From a virus (taxonomy: Duplodnaviria; Caudoviricetes): a stretch of 64,000 bases of DNA. Below the pieces are notes generated by a model. It saw only the letters and a list, made by a program, of their open reading frames with translations. It ran no database searches and was not told the DNA's origin. Positions 18,234 to 27,885 of this stretch are shown here, one piece after another; position 1 is the first letter of the stretch, and each line of letters begins with the position of its first letter. Location: the IMG/VR virus record IMGVR_UViG_3300010167_000013. One strand, given 5' to 3'. The position numbers and the translations under genes are program-made.

Positions 18234-19044
18234 ATTTCATTAGTTTGGAGAAGTCATAGGAATCCATAGATGCCCAATCGTAGTCTAGTTTTGGAGGAGT
18301 TACCACTCGGTAATCTAAGACAGTATTGGGGTCCCTGTAGAGTTGAGTGAATTTTAGATTGTTTCTGTCACCGATGTACAGAAACCGCTTATCGTAGTAA
18401 GCAACAGGCATAACGTCTGTTGCAGTATACATGGATAGCAATACAGGTTTGTCATTGTAATTTTCTAGTATCCATTCCACGTATGTTTCCACAGTTTTAG
18501 AAACGTACACTACGTCGGGGCTTCCAAAGTCGAAGAAATAGTACCAGTCTCCGTCAAGAACATAGTTCCATACATGCCCATTTGCATCTGACGTAGTATA
18601 CCACATGTACCCAACCTCATCGTAGTCATCTTTCAGGATGTAATTAACCCAGTTGGCTACGTCAGAACACAGACCGAAATTAGTTCTAACACTATGATAT
18701 CCAGGTTTATACTTATCCCATCTCATCTGACCTTCAAGGAAATAACTAGGTCTGGACTCATTCACTGAGTATGGTACTATAGAGAACTTGCTCTCTTGGA
18801 ATAATTTCTTCGCATCCCACAGTGTACGAATAGCCTTTTGTTTCTCTTCAGGCGTCTTGTCCAACATCGCTCTTATTTCGTCATAGGTGTAATCGCTGTC
18901 ACCCAGTGCGCCAATACTAACACGATAGAAGTCATCGAACCCGGGATACTTCTTTGCCAACTTAAGATCCACTTCTGCAGCTACTACAGATGTCAGTGAG
19001 AACACCATCAACAATACCAACATGATTCCAGTTACTTTTTTCAT
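18232..19044 (-). CDS. Secreted transglutaminase-like (Cys-His-Asp) protein
   Basis: Sec signal peptide MKKVTGIMLVLLMVFSLTSVVAA; GLCSDVA...GHVWNYV...WYYFFD triad. Confidence 0.75.
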   Translation of the reverse strand: MKKVTGIMLVLLMVFSLTSVVAAEVDLKLAKKYPGFDDFYRVSIGALGDSDYTYDEIRAMLDKTPEEKQKAIRTLWDAKKLFQESKFSIVPYSVNESRPSYFLEGQMRWDKYKPGYHSVRTNFGLCSDVANWVNYILKDDYDEVGYMWYTTSDANGHVWNYVLDGDWYYFFDFGSPDVVYVSKTVETYVEWILENYNDKPVLLSMYTATDVMPVAYYDKRFLYIGDRNNLKFTQLYRDPNTVLDYRVVTPPKLDYDWASMDSYDFSKLMK

Positions 19045-19091
19045 TCTAATACCTCCTAAAATATATTATATTTTTTATTCTATCTAACGTA

Positions 19092-19122
19092 ATAATATAT
19101 TATTACCTCAGAGGGATATACG
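19092..19122 (-). promoter_or_regulatory. Bipartite early-type promoter
   Basis: CGTATAT-N11-AATAATATATTAT upstream of the transglutaminase-like gene. Confidence 0.55.
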
Positions 19123-19136
19123 ATTGGAGGTTTGTC

Positions 19137-20264
19137 ATGAGAATACTGGTATTGGGTGATATTCACATTGGAAGTATCAAAGATACCAATTATGTGTACA
19201 ATGTGATCACAGACATATTTGAGAAGGAGTTGATATTCAACAAGATCGACGCTGTGATATTTCTGGGGGACTTATTCCACAGACTAATGAAGGTAAATGA
19301 GGAGTACACGTCGTTGGCAATAAACATCATGTCATATCTGGTGAGAATATGTAGGGGGAAAGAAATAAAGATTAGACTTCTCTACGGTACTGAATCACAC
19401 GAAATGGGACAGTATCGTTTATTCAATTACCATCTCACCAACACCATTGATATGAAACTAATTGATACTGTCAGTGAAGAAGAACTATTCCCTGGAGTGA
19501 ATGTTTTGTATTTTCCAGAAGAATATGTCGAGTCCAAGGAACATCACTACTCTAAATACTTCCAGAAGAAATATGACTATGTCCTAGGTCATGGAATTAT
19601 ATCAGAAGGAATGCCTATGATGGCATATGATACTGGGGCTAAGTCGAATGAGAAGAAGGTACCGCATTTCAAGTCAAAAGAACTATCTTCAATATGTAAG
19701 CTGTGTATCTTCTCGCACTACCACATTCATACTAGAATAGAAAAGAATGTTTACTATCTAGGATCTCTCTTCAGAGATTCATTTGGAGAAGAAGAGGACA
19801 AGGGCTACGGAATAATCGAAGATGGAAAATTCACATTTGTCAAAAATGAACAAGCACACATCTACAGAACGTATACGTTTGAAGAAGACTCTAATGTGTA
19901 CATTGATACCGAAAACCTAATATCCGAGATCAAGACAATCAAAGAAGATAATAAAGAAATATTTGAAGGTGAACGCTACGGACGAATCAGATTAATTTTC
20001 AAACTTCCTCAAGGAATAGATCAAACATTCAAGGAGACTTTGAGGTCATTGTTGTTCAATGACAAGTATATCTCACCATTGATAAAGGAGCAATCGGAAG
20101 TAATCCAAGAGGTACAAGAGACAATAGACGATGAGTACAATTTTATTCTGGATAACTCACTAGCTGTCACTGATAAGATTCATCGGTACATCAATAAACA
20201 ATATGAATCGGATATGAGTCTAGAAGAGCTAACCAAGTACATCAATGAAGAGTTCAAGGTATAA
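19137..20264 (+). CDS. sbcD: SbcD/Mre11-like metallophosphoesterase nuclease
   Basis: GDIHIG, LGDLFH, GTESHE, GHG, SHYHIH and YLGSLFR.SFGEEE.KGY motifs. Confidence 0.9.
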   Translation: MRILVLGDIHIGSIKDTNYVYNVITDIFEKELIFNKIDAVIFLGDLFHRLMKVNEEYTSLAINIMSYLVRICRGKEIKIRLLYGTESHEMGQYRLFNYHLTNTIDMKLIDTVSEEELFPGVNVLYFPEEYVESKEHHYSKYFQKKYDYVLGHGIISEGMPMMAYDTGAKSNEKKVPHFKSKELSSICKLCIFSHYHIHTRIEKNVYYLGSLFRDSFGEEEDKGYGIIEDGKFTFVKNEQAHIYRTYTFEEDSNVYIDTENLISEIKTIKEDNKEIFEGERYGRIRLIFKLPQGIDQTFKETLRSLLFNDKYISPLIKEQSEVIQEVQETIDDEYNFILDNSLAVTDKIHRYINKQYESDMSLEELTKYINEEFKV

Positions 20265-20267
20265 GGT

Positions 20268-20306
20268 GATAACTAGGTGGGTGTATGATACACCCACCTA
20301 GTTATC
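20268..20306. terminator. Bidirectional terminator
   Basis: GATAACTAGGTGGGTGTA-TGA-TACACCCACCTAGTTATC. Confidence 0.8.
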
Positions 20307-20329
20307 CATCATCATCATTTTCAATTGCC

Positions 20330-20788
20330 TCATATATTCAGATCTATTGATACCAGTCTAACTACATCAATCGTGGTGAATTGGCTGTAAATTATGACAT
20401 GATGTGCAAGACCACCTTCGTACTGATCAGCTAATCCAAACTCAAGTCCTCGCTTCGTCAGTACCATTGGAACATTGAAGTGAATTAAGGGAACATTCTG
20501 AAGTATGTTGTACTGCTCTGGAAAGTACCCCTCATATGCTTCTCTCAATCTCCTGAGAGATTCCATTGCAGTTCTGTGTAGCTCCGTGTCGTGTTCAGTT
20601 GTGAGAGAATACGTCCAATGATCAATTTGATCCCAACTAGATATCTCTTCGTCGAATATCTGTTGGATCCGTTCAATCAAGATCGCAATGGATATGAAAT
20701 CCCTCTCTGAACATTTGAACGTGTTGTCAACATACCGTGTTGTAGTTACGCCTCTGTTTGTCAGTATTAGGTCATCGTCACTACTCAT
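20330..20788 (-). CDS. Hypothetical protein
   Basis: Likely start MSSDDD at 20788 after AGGAGG; overlaps the stop of the upstream gene. Confidence 0.6.
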   Translation of the reverse strand: MSSDDDLILTNRGVTTTRYVDNTFKCSERDFISIAILIERIQQIFDEEISSWDQIDHWTYSLTTEHDTELHRTAMESLRRLREAYEGYFPEQYNILQNVPLIHFNVPMVLTKRGLEFGLADQYEGGLAHHVIIYSQFTTIDVVRLVSIDLNI

Positions 20789-21053
20789 AGTCTGGGTCCC
20801 TCCTAGTCCCTGGTAGTTTTTGTTCGGTTCCAATGTTCTCTTTTGATTTCTCATAAGACCTGTAATATCCAACTTCTGAACCTCCAATTGTCAGTATTAC
20901 TAGTGTTATCACTAGCCATGGGATAAAACCAAATACTGCTTGTGTCGTCAGTAAGAGTATTCCGCCAGTCCTACAAGATTTGTTACATATCAGTGTAACG
21001 ACCAGTATGACAAGCCAGAAATTCTCCGTGACAAATGATAATAATTCATCCAT
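20781..21053 (-). CDS. Small membrane protein
   Basis: 90 aa with hydrophobic segments; AGGAGG RBS. Confidence 0.6.
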   Translation of the reverse strand: MDELLSFVTENFWLVILVVTLICNKSCRTGGILLLTTQAVFGFIPWLVITLVILTIGGSEVGYYRSYEKSKENIGTEQKLPGTRRDPDYE

Positions 21054-21069
21054 GAATACATACCTCCTA

Positions 21070-21981
21070 TCAGAATGGATCCGGGCTAGGATGCTTTATC
21101 CTAACATTTTCTGTGTAGGTGTGATCTCTGTTGCCAATAGTAGATCCCTGGGTGAAATCATCCCACACGATTGATGGGTTATCGTTGTTGAATAGATGAT
21201 CGTATCCTCTCTGTATCCAATCATGGTAGTATATCATGGCCCACTTTGTATCAACAGATGCAGTGTACACCAGTTGGAGTAAATTCAGAAGAGAATGTTT
21301 TTCTCCTATCCACTGTAGCTCTGGGAACCGATTTGAATACTTCTTGACCTGTTCTATTTTGTCCTTGAGATCATATATTTCTACCCACGGTGATCCATAT
21401 TCAGTATTGAATGAATTTACATCGGTATACATCTTCTCCTGGATTACCCTAATCTTCTCAATATCTTTCCCTAATTCAACACCAAGCTCGATGATAGGAG
21501 TTGCATAATTAGAAGCTGACAATGGATGTTCCCTCTCGTACACCATTTCTGCTTCCATGTGTGGATGATGATCATGCCTATCCCCAAGATATCCTCTCTC
21601 TTCTACTGGATAGGTAAGCTGATCGGATACGTGAAAAAAATGTGACGGAGCTGTGTGACCAGGATCGGGATAATTATAATTAGTAGGAGGAGGATCATTC
21701 CTACCTGTCAATAGAATATCTTCATTGTAGAGTTCTGGATTACTCCCCTTGTGAAATATGAACTCTTCACCTTTCCAAGTTCCCTCCCTACGGTGATTAG
21801 CCTCAGCATCCGTGCTCTCCCCAATCACTGTATGAACATGGTCTATCGTATTTATTCGGTATCCTGATTCCATCGACAACAATGATATCTGTTTGGCTGT
21901 AGTATCCTTGATGCCATTGATGATATTATTTATTCTAATTAGATCGCTGCCCATCATTGTACATCTCTCCTGACAATTCAT
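21070..21981 (-). CDS. His-rich hypothetical protein
   Basis: 303-aa ORF; start probably at the MMGSD ATGs after AGGAGA. Confidence 0.65.
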   Translation of the reverse strand: MNCQERCTMMGSDLIRINNIINGIKDTTAKQISLLSMESGYRINTIDHVHTVIGESTDAEANHRREGTWKGEEFIFHKGSNPELYNEDILLTGRNDPPPTNYNYPDPGHTAPSHFFHVSDQLTYPVEERGYLGDRHDHHPHMEAEMVYEREHPLSASNYATPIIELGVELGKDIEKIRVIQEKMYTDVNSFNTEYGSPWVEIYDLKDKIEQVKKYSNRFPELQWIGEKHSLLNLLQLVYTASVDTKWAMIYYHDWIQRGYDHLFNNDNPSIVWDDFTQGSTIGNRDHTYTENVRIKHPSPDPF

Positions 21982-22009
21982 TAATCATGATATTTAATAA
22001 AGGAGTTGT

Positions 22010-22360
22010 ATGTATATGCCTAAAATAGTAACACTGATTCCGGAAATAAAAGTATATTCTTACTACAACACAACGTTTTATGAAGCAACAGAAGTATCAG
22101 ACAAGAAGTACACATGCACCATAACCCTGCCAGCAAATCTAGGAGAAGAGAACATTGAGTACAAGTTCGAGGCATATGCGAATGATGTTGCTACTGGGCT
22201 ATTTGCATTTGTGACAGTTGAATGTGAAACTATCTACAATTATGAGACAATCAAATCATTTACTATTGATCCTGATACATTGTCTCACGAGGGTGGGCAA
22301 GTGACAATTACCATTGACTTCAATGAACCTGAAGAAGAGGAAGAAGATCCTGAACCGTAA
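22010..22360 (+). CDS. Stand-alone paralog of the Gly-rich fibre N-terminal domain
   Basis: KIVTLIPEIKVYS...KKYTCTITLP..IEYKFE matches KVVTLIPEVKVYS...KKYSCAIVIP..IEYQFE of 14909-16354. Confidence 0.75.
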   Translation: MYMPKIVTLIPEIKVYSYYNTTFYEATEVSDKKYTCTITLPANLGEENIEYKFEAYANDVATGLFAFVTVECETIYNYETIKSFTIDPDTLSHEGGQVTITIDFNEPEEEEEDPEP

Positions 22361-22365
22361 ATCAT

Positions 22366-22402
22366 AAATAATAGAGAGGGTGTTCAACCCTCTCTATTAT
22401 TT
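22366..22402. terminator. Bidirectional terminator
   Basis: AAATAATAGAGAGGGT...ACCCTCTCTATTATTT. Confidence 0.8.
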
Positions 22403-22987
22403 TTAATATTCTGGAAACCTCTCCATATATAGCAATTCTACTTCACATCGAGGTTTAGCTGAATAAAATAATTCCTGCGTCGATTTTATTACTAAACAGT
22501 CATCCTTTAGCATACCATGTTGAATAGCATCAGATACCCCCTTGGCATAGTTGTCGAAATCACCCGTTCTTTTCCATGGAAGTATCAGACCTAGTTCTGC
22601 TAGCACCTTATTCTTTATGCTGAACGAAGAAGGTGTCTTCTCGTATACTTTCATATTCAATATACATGGAGTATCGATGAACGGGAGATTGTTTTCCTTG
22701 GCAAATTCCTGAAACCAATTAGCTTCCTCTTTTGCTCTTGGGACATACATATGAATATATCCCTTGGTACTATTTGCTCTTGGTCTAGCAGATGCTTTCA
22801 CTATCTTCCACATAGTAAATGTAATCTTCTTGTATTTTATCTTCTTGATCTTCTTGGCCTCTTCAGCTATCTTGTTGTTGAATTTGTCATTGGTAGCGTT
22901 CTTCCCAAGTATGTAAGCAATCCTCCCCAACTGATCATTGGGAATGTTACCAAATTCTTGCTCATATAATTTATCTTCTCTTCGCAT
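22403..22987 (-). CDS. rusA: RusA-like Holliday junction resolvase
   Basis: ARPRA, DFDNYAKGVSDAI, LKDDCLV and YSAKPRCEV motifs. Start trimmed to MRREDK after AAGGAG. Confidence 0.85.
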   Translation of the reverse strand: MRREDKLYEQEFGNIPNDQLGRIAYILGKNATNDKFNNKIAEEAKKIKKIKYKKITFTMWKIVKASARPRANSTKGYIHMYVPRAKEEANWFQEFAKENNLPFIDTPCILNMKVYEKTPSSFSIKNKVLAELGLILPWKRTGDFDNYAKGVSDAIQHGMLKDDCLVIKSTQELFYSAKPRCEVELLYMERFPEY

Positions 22988-23063
22988 AGTCATCAACTCC
23001 TTATTATAATATTGAAGCTCATCAAACGTTATTATATAATTAGAATAGAAGGGATTTGATAAC

Positions 23064-24962
23064 ATGTCAGAGAAGAAACATTTTCTGGAGTACTCCAACA
23101 GAACCAATAGCAATATTATTCCCAAGGATAGTTTCGATGATTTGGTCCAGGAGGTATTCGGAATAATATCAACAAATATCGCAAAGTCACTAGGTCCTCT
23201 TGGATCTTCAACTGTGATATTAGACGGCATGTTGACTAGTACTACCAAGGATGGTCATGCCATATTCAAAAGTTTTAGATTCCATAACCGATACAAGAAT
23301 ATGATATATAATTTGATAAAAGCCCCCTGTACACGCCTCAACAATACCGTGGGTGATGGTACCACAACTGCCATTGTACTAACGAACTACCTATTCCAGT
23401 ACTACCAGAAAATGAAATATGGGTTAGATTGTTACTACAGGCTTCCAAGAACATTTGTACAAACCTGGGATCATCTGATAGAAGAAATAGTAGAAAAGAT
23501 CAAAGGATATGCTACCCCATTGAACCCAGATGATTATGATCTTATTTACAGCCTGTCATATATCGCATCAAACGGTAATAGCGAGATCTGCAAAAATATT
23601 GCCGATACGTACAAAGATGCTAAGTCCCCTGTGATCAAATTGAAAAACTCTCCAACTAACAAGAGCTACATTACTCCGATCATAGGATTTGAGTTCCCTG
23701 CCAATCTCATTGATCAAGCCTATGTTAGAAACGAAGACCTCAGTACTGAAGAGAAGGATATCTGCGTGATGATATTCGACTACAAGATTGAAGCAGATAT
23801 ATGTTTGGATTTCATTATTCCTATGAACGAAGTACTGAAGGCTCAAGGAAAGAAACTTCTGGTATTAGCTCCATACTATGATGCTCATTTGTCAAATACT
23901 ACACTGAAGAGTTACATGAATCAAGAATATCAGAAGTATAAAAGCCTCAATCTCATACTTGCACAATATGCTATTGGGAAGCTGGATGATTATCAACTCC
24001 TAGATCTTTCTACCGTACTGAGGGCTATTGTCATCAACCAGGATATAGGACGAGAATTATTAGATGGATCTGGTAAGAATAAATTTTCTGGAATGACCGA
24101 TGGAGAAAAATATGAATTCGTTGAGGAAATCAAGGATACATCTCATCGGTATCATGGGCTAATTGGTACAGCAGCAACTGCTCTATTGTCATGCACAAAT
24201 GGATCTATCTTCAGGGTAAACGATATTGAGACTGATGAAAGATACATGGATATGTTGAGATCTGCTGAAAAAGAACTTCAGTCGATAATCGGACGTACTG
24301 ACAATGAGAAACAAGGATATGCATTTGAGATATCTAAAGCTCAGGCTAGGATATCACAGCTGAAGATGGAAAACTATCTATACTATATCGGATCGGATTC
24401 TGCTCTTCAGACTAATATCATATGGGACTCGGTGGAAGATGTAGTAAAATGTATTCGTTCGGCTATAAAATCAGGAACTGTTCCAGGATGCCAGTTATCA
24501 ATAGTGAGAGCCTGCATGGAACTGACAAAGGAAATCGGATCTGATATCACAGACATGAAAGAACTTACTGATTCGCAGAAGTTAGAGATAGGTATACTAC
24601 AGATGATACAAGATGCTGTCATCAATGTGTACAGATCGGTACTTCATGGTCCAGAAGGAAGAGGAATGATCAAGCTCGTTCCGATGTGGCAACATATCAG
24701 AGAAGAAGGAGCAGATGATCTAATCAAGGAAGCAAATAGCAAATGTGATAGTATCATTGAAGAATCCGTGATACGGAATGAAGTATTTGATCTGGAGACA
24801 CTAAAACACAATCCGAAGATAATAACATCAGCTGAGACAGATACCATGATATTGATCGCCTGCAGTGAACTGATAAAACTGTTGATATCAGGAAATCAAT
24901 GTGTATTCTTGGATGCTGAGATCAACAATGCACATGATGAAGAAGCAGAAGCATACGTATAA
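23064..24962 (+). CDS. groEL: Phage GroEL-like chaperonin
   Basis: SLGPLG, TTKDG, VGDGTTTAIVL and VEDVV..IRSAIKSGTVPG motifs. Confidence 0.9.
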   Translation: MSEKKHFLEYSNRTNSNIIPKDSFDDLVQEVFGIISTNIAKSLGPLGSSTVILDGMLTSTTKDGHAIFKSFRFHNRYKNMIYNLIKAPCTRLNNTVGDGTTTAIVLTNYLFQYYQKMKYGLDCYYRLPRTFVQTWDHLIEEIVEKIKGYATPLNPDDYDLIYSLSYIASNGNSEICKNIADTYKDAKSPVIKLKNSPTNKSYITPIIGFEFPANLIDQAYVRNEDLSTEEKDICVMIFDYKIEADICLDFIIPMNEVLKAQGKKLLVLAPYYDAHLSNTTLKSYMNQEYQKYKSLNLILAQYAIGKLDDYQLLDLSTVLRAIVINQDIGRELLDGSGKNKFSGMTDGEKYEFVEEIKDTSHRYHGLIGTAATALLSCTNGSIFRVNDIETDERYMDMLRSAEKELQSIIGRTDNEKQGYAFEISKAQARISQLKMENYLYYIGSDSALQTNIIWDSVEDVVKCIRSAIKSGTVPGCQLSIVRACMELTKEIGSDITDMKELTDSQKLEIGILQMIQDAVINVYRSVLHGPEGRGMIKLVPMWQHIREEGADDLIKEANSKCDSIIEESVIRNEVFDLETLKHNPKIITSAETDTMILIACSELIKLLISGNQCVFLDAEINNAHDEEAEAYV

Positions 24963-24966
24963 AAAG

Positions 24967-24997
24967 AAGTACAGGGGGATTAAATCCCCCTGTACTT
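24967..24997. terminator. Bidirectional terminator
   Basis: AAGTACAGGGGGATT-A-AATCCCCCTGTACTT. Confidence 0.8.
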
Positions 24998-25003
24998 TAA
25001 TTA

Positions 25004-25483
25004 TTACGGTTCGGGATCTTCCTCTTCGTCGTCTCCGTCATCCTCGGTGCCAAATACTTCTTCAAGGATGCCGAGAATATCGCCATTGGTGATTGGTTCA
25101 AGTTCATCCTTGGACCAATAGTTATCAAGGTCTATTTCGCTGGTACCAAGGTTGATCCACGATTCTCCAACATATACCCATTGAACATAGACATTGGATT
25201 CTCCATCTTCAGGGTCAGCCTTAATCAAATAAATGATACCGGGTTCGCCTTCACCAGGAAGATCTTCTACTACCTCGAAATCAACGCCACTGATCTTGGA
25301 GAGAGACTCTTGAAGCAAGTCATAGACAGCTTGTGCAGAAGGGATTTCGTCGTTCGTACTCTCTTCATCGATCAAAGTAACCATGCGAGAGTTGATCTTG
25401 AGATCCATCTTGCCAACGAGTTGAGCTGCTAAGAACTTTAAGCCATCAGCATCCAGAAAGTATCTTGTACTCGCCATTCTCAT
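25004..25483 (-). CDS. Tail-fibre adaptor-like virion protein
   Basis: FLDADGL N-terminus; VVEDLP..GEPGIIYLI...W..LG...DL.NY...PITN.DI motifs common in phage fibre adaptors. Confidence 0.65.
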   Translation of the reverse strand: MRMASTRYFLDADGLKFLAAQLVGKMDLKINSRMVTLIDEESTNDEIPSAQAVYDLLQESLSKISGVDFEVVEDLPGEGEPGIIYLIKADPEDGESNVYVQWVYVGESWINLGTSEIDLDNYWSKDELEPITNGDILGILEEVFGTEDDGDDEEEDPEP

Positions 25484-25520
25484 TCATTCCTTTCTTATTT
25501 TATTTTTTATACTTTTGTAC

Positions 25521-26006
25521 TCAGTCAGCAAGTACTTCGAGTATAAATTCCTCAGAGATTGGTTGAATGTCTAGTGATTCAAGTCCCTCAACTATTAATT
25601 TGAAATCATCCATGAGTTTCTCTAGAGCTGTTACTCTAATGGCTAATTGAGACAACGCTGTGCTGTCTTCTAGAGCTTTGATGCGATTCGAGAGAGCGGT
25701 TATGTCTCCAGTGATATTGTAGATGTTCGTGGTATGTTGAGATGTAAGAGTATTTAGGGTTGATACATTAGTAGCTAGAGTTGTCAAGTTAGGAAACCCA
25801 GCCAAGGTTGTTTCTATGGTACTAATCTTCAACGATAGTGAACTAAGTATAGCTTGAAGTTCTGGATTACCTAGATCAATTTCTCCCAGTTCCCCATCTA
25901 ATTTACCAAGCCATTCGATTATTCTTCTAGTCTGTCCTCCATCGAAGAACATCTTGTAGACAGGTCTGGTTGGTAATCTTGTCTTACTTGGTGCCATTTC
26001 AACCAT
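25521..26006 (-). CDS. Coiled-coil fibre-like protein
   Basis: Heptad repeats (ITALSNRIKALE, LAIRVTALE); C-terminal PISEEFILEVL. Confidence 0.65.
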   Translation of the reverse strand: MVEMAPSKTRLPTRPVYKMFFDGGQTRRIIEWLGKLDGELGEIDLGNPELQAILSSLSLKISTIETTLAGFPNLTTLATNVSTLNTLTSQHTTNIYNITGDITALSNRIKALEDSTALSQLAIRVTALEKLMDDFKLIVEGLESLDIQPISEEFILEVLAD

Positions 26007-26014
26007 TCCCTTCT

Positions 26015-26380
26015 CTACGGTTTACCCTTACCAGATTTCATTTTGATCCCTAACTCCTTGAGAAGATCTTTGATCTGTTCTATTGACAGTGAGCTTATGT
26101 CATCGCATCCACAGCCTCCGAGCATCTCTTGTAGTGCTTCCAACTGTTCTGCAAATCCTTTCAGCAGTGCTTCTAGTTCAGGATTATTAAGATCAAGATC
26201 GCCGATATTACCAGACATCCCCTTGAGGATTTCTAATATCTTTAGACGGATTAGTTGATCGTAGTATAGTTGGAATGAGGACTTCCCAGATGACGATGTA
26301 CCGAGACCAGCCATGATCGGATCTTCAGAAAACCCACCTGGCCTAGGTGGTAAGTTGGGACCGTAAATAGCAACTCCCAT
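26015..26380 (-). CDS. Hypothetical virion-associated protein
   Basis: Shares DL.NPEL..LL with 25521-26006 and GCGCDDI..LS..QI.D.L with 26399-27829. Confidence 0.6.
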   Translation of the reverse strand: MGVAIYGPNLPPRPGGFSEDPIMAGLGTSSSGKSSFQLYYDQLIRLKILEILKGMSGNIGDLDLNNPELEALLKGFAEQLEALQEMLGGCGCDDISSLSIEQIKDLLKELGIKMKSGKGKP

Positions 26381-26398
26381 GGTTTAACCTCCTTCTAT

Positions 26399-27829
26399 TT
26401 ATATAATTCCTATGTCAGATAATATATCGAGAATTTGACCTTCGGATAGAGGATTGATGTCATCACACCCACAACCACAGGAATTAGTTTCATCTTCCTC
26501 CTCATCCCCACAATCACAGTTCGGATAGTCCTCACAGCAAGGCTCGTCTTCAGGTGGGTCGTCTGGATCATCTGGATCTTCCTTGTGTTTCCCCTTCCCT
26601 CTGAGAGCTTTCATAGATTCTATCAGCTTCATTACCTTGTCATATGGAATCTTCTGGGAATCCTTTTTATCCAAAAGCAAACGAATGAGAGTATCGATAT
26701 CGATGTTCACAGAATGTTTGTGCCTTGGTTTGTAGGTATGATCAAGGAACTGTGCCCCAAGGGCTTGAGCTACACGTTGGGTATTGTTGACAGCAGTTAC
26801 ATCATTCTTCCAAATTGATATTTTGAATACTATTCTATGACCTGGATTGATCATGAACATTCTATTCACATGAGCCGTTCCACACGGAATTAGATATATC
26901 CGATTCTTCGGATCATTGAGTTCTTGATGATGGAGAATGATATCCTTGGCTTGATTATCAAATCGATAGAATCTGTTGAACATTATCCAACTAGGAGGAT
27001 GCATGAAATTGGCTTTATCACTACCATAAAAATCATCACAATTACATACCCCAGGAATACCAATAGCATGTTTATTCTGGTATTTCTGATGATGGTAGTA
27101 GGGATGAATATCATCATCAAAGTCATCTATGTCGGATAACCACATGGCTGAATTACCGGCTGACTGTCTAGGACCTTCCCTTCTCATACACTCATAGAAC
27201 ATTTGAATAGAAGTTATTCTGATGAGCATCCTATCCGTTCCATGTGTAAATTGATTCACACTAGAAACAATGGAATCCATGAAATTCACAATGATTGCAT
27301 TATCATTGATATCTCTTGGGTTGATGTCGACGAAATAGTTTCTATCTCGTATTCTCAGGTCTTCGCTGGTGGAACGTATGACGTGTTTAGTCCTCTGATT
27401 CTCCAGTCGATAGTTCACTCTAACTATGATGCCACGCCTGATCACATCAAGTCGATGGTTCAACCTGTCGGAATGCCGTGTTATCATCTTCAGCAGTCCA
27501 ATATTCTTCGTGTTATTCCCAACTATATTCGGTAGTCCATCAGATGCTCTTTTGCCGATATCATCTATGCTAATATCGACTATTGCTCTCATGGACTCTT
27601 TTTCATCAACAAACAGATGACTTTTAATCAGAGAGCGATCTATTTGATGGAACTGCCTCCTATCCAAGTACTCTCCTAGTAAATACGGAAACCGATTCAG
27701 ATCTAGAAAAGCATTGGTGTAACCAGGAGATTTATCAGGGATATGATGGTGATGATGGTCTTTCTTGAATACCTGGATATCTTCATCTACCCTGATGGGT
27801 GGACGTTTTCTACCATGTGTTCTGCGCAT
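26399..27829 (-). CDS. Hypothetical late protein with His- and Cys/acidic-rich segments
   Basis: 476 aa; AAAGGAG RBS; late-type promoter motif upstream. Confidence 0.65.
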   Translation of the reverse strand: MRRTHGRKRPPIRVDEDIQVFKKDHHHHHIPDKSPGYTNAFLDLNRFPYLLGEYLDRRQFHQIDRSLIKSHLFVDEKESMRAIVDISIDDIGKRASDGLPNIVGNNTKNIGLLKMITRHSDRLNHRLDVIRRGIIVRVNYRLENQRTKHVIRSTSEDLRIRDRNYFVDINPRDINDNAIIVNFMDSIVSSVNQFTHGTDRMLIRITSIQMFYECMRREGPRQSAGNSAMWLSDIDDFDDDIHPYYHHQKYQNKHAIGIPGVCNCDDFYGSDKANFMHPPSWIMFNRFYRFDNQAKDIILHHQELNDPKNRIYLIPCGTAHVNRMFMINPGHRIVFKISIWKNDVTAVNNTQRVAQALGAQFLDHTYKPRHKHSVNIDIDTLIRLLLDKKDSQKIPYDKVMKLIESMKALRGKGKHKEDPDDPDDPPEDEPCCEDYPNCDCGDEEEDETNSCGCGCDDINPLSEGQILDILSDIGII

Positions 27830-27869
27830 CTTAAAACTCCTTTCATGAACTTAGTTTGCTTCTAACACT

Positions 27870-27881
27870 TACATAGCTGTT
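27870..27881 (-). promoter_or_regulatory. Late-type promoter (AACA-N6-TA)
   Basis: AACAGCTATGTA matches the AR9 non-virion RNAP late consensus. Confidence 0.45.
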
Positions 27882-27885
27882 CCAG

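Noticed and set aside
22988-23248. N-terminal extension of the RusA ORF
   Set aside because: Antisense overlap with groEL; the RBS supports a start near 22987.
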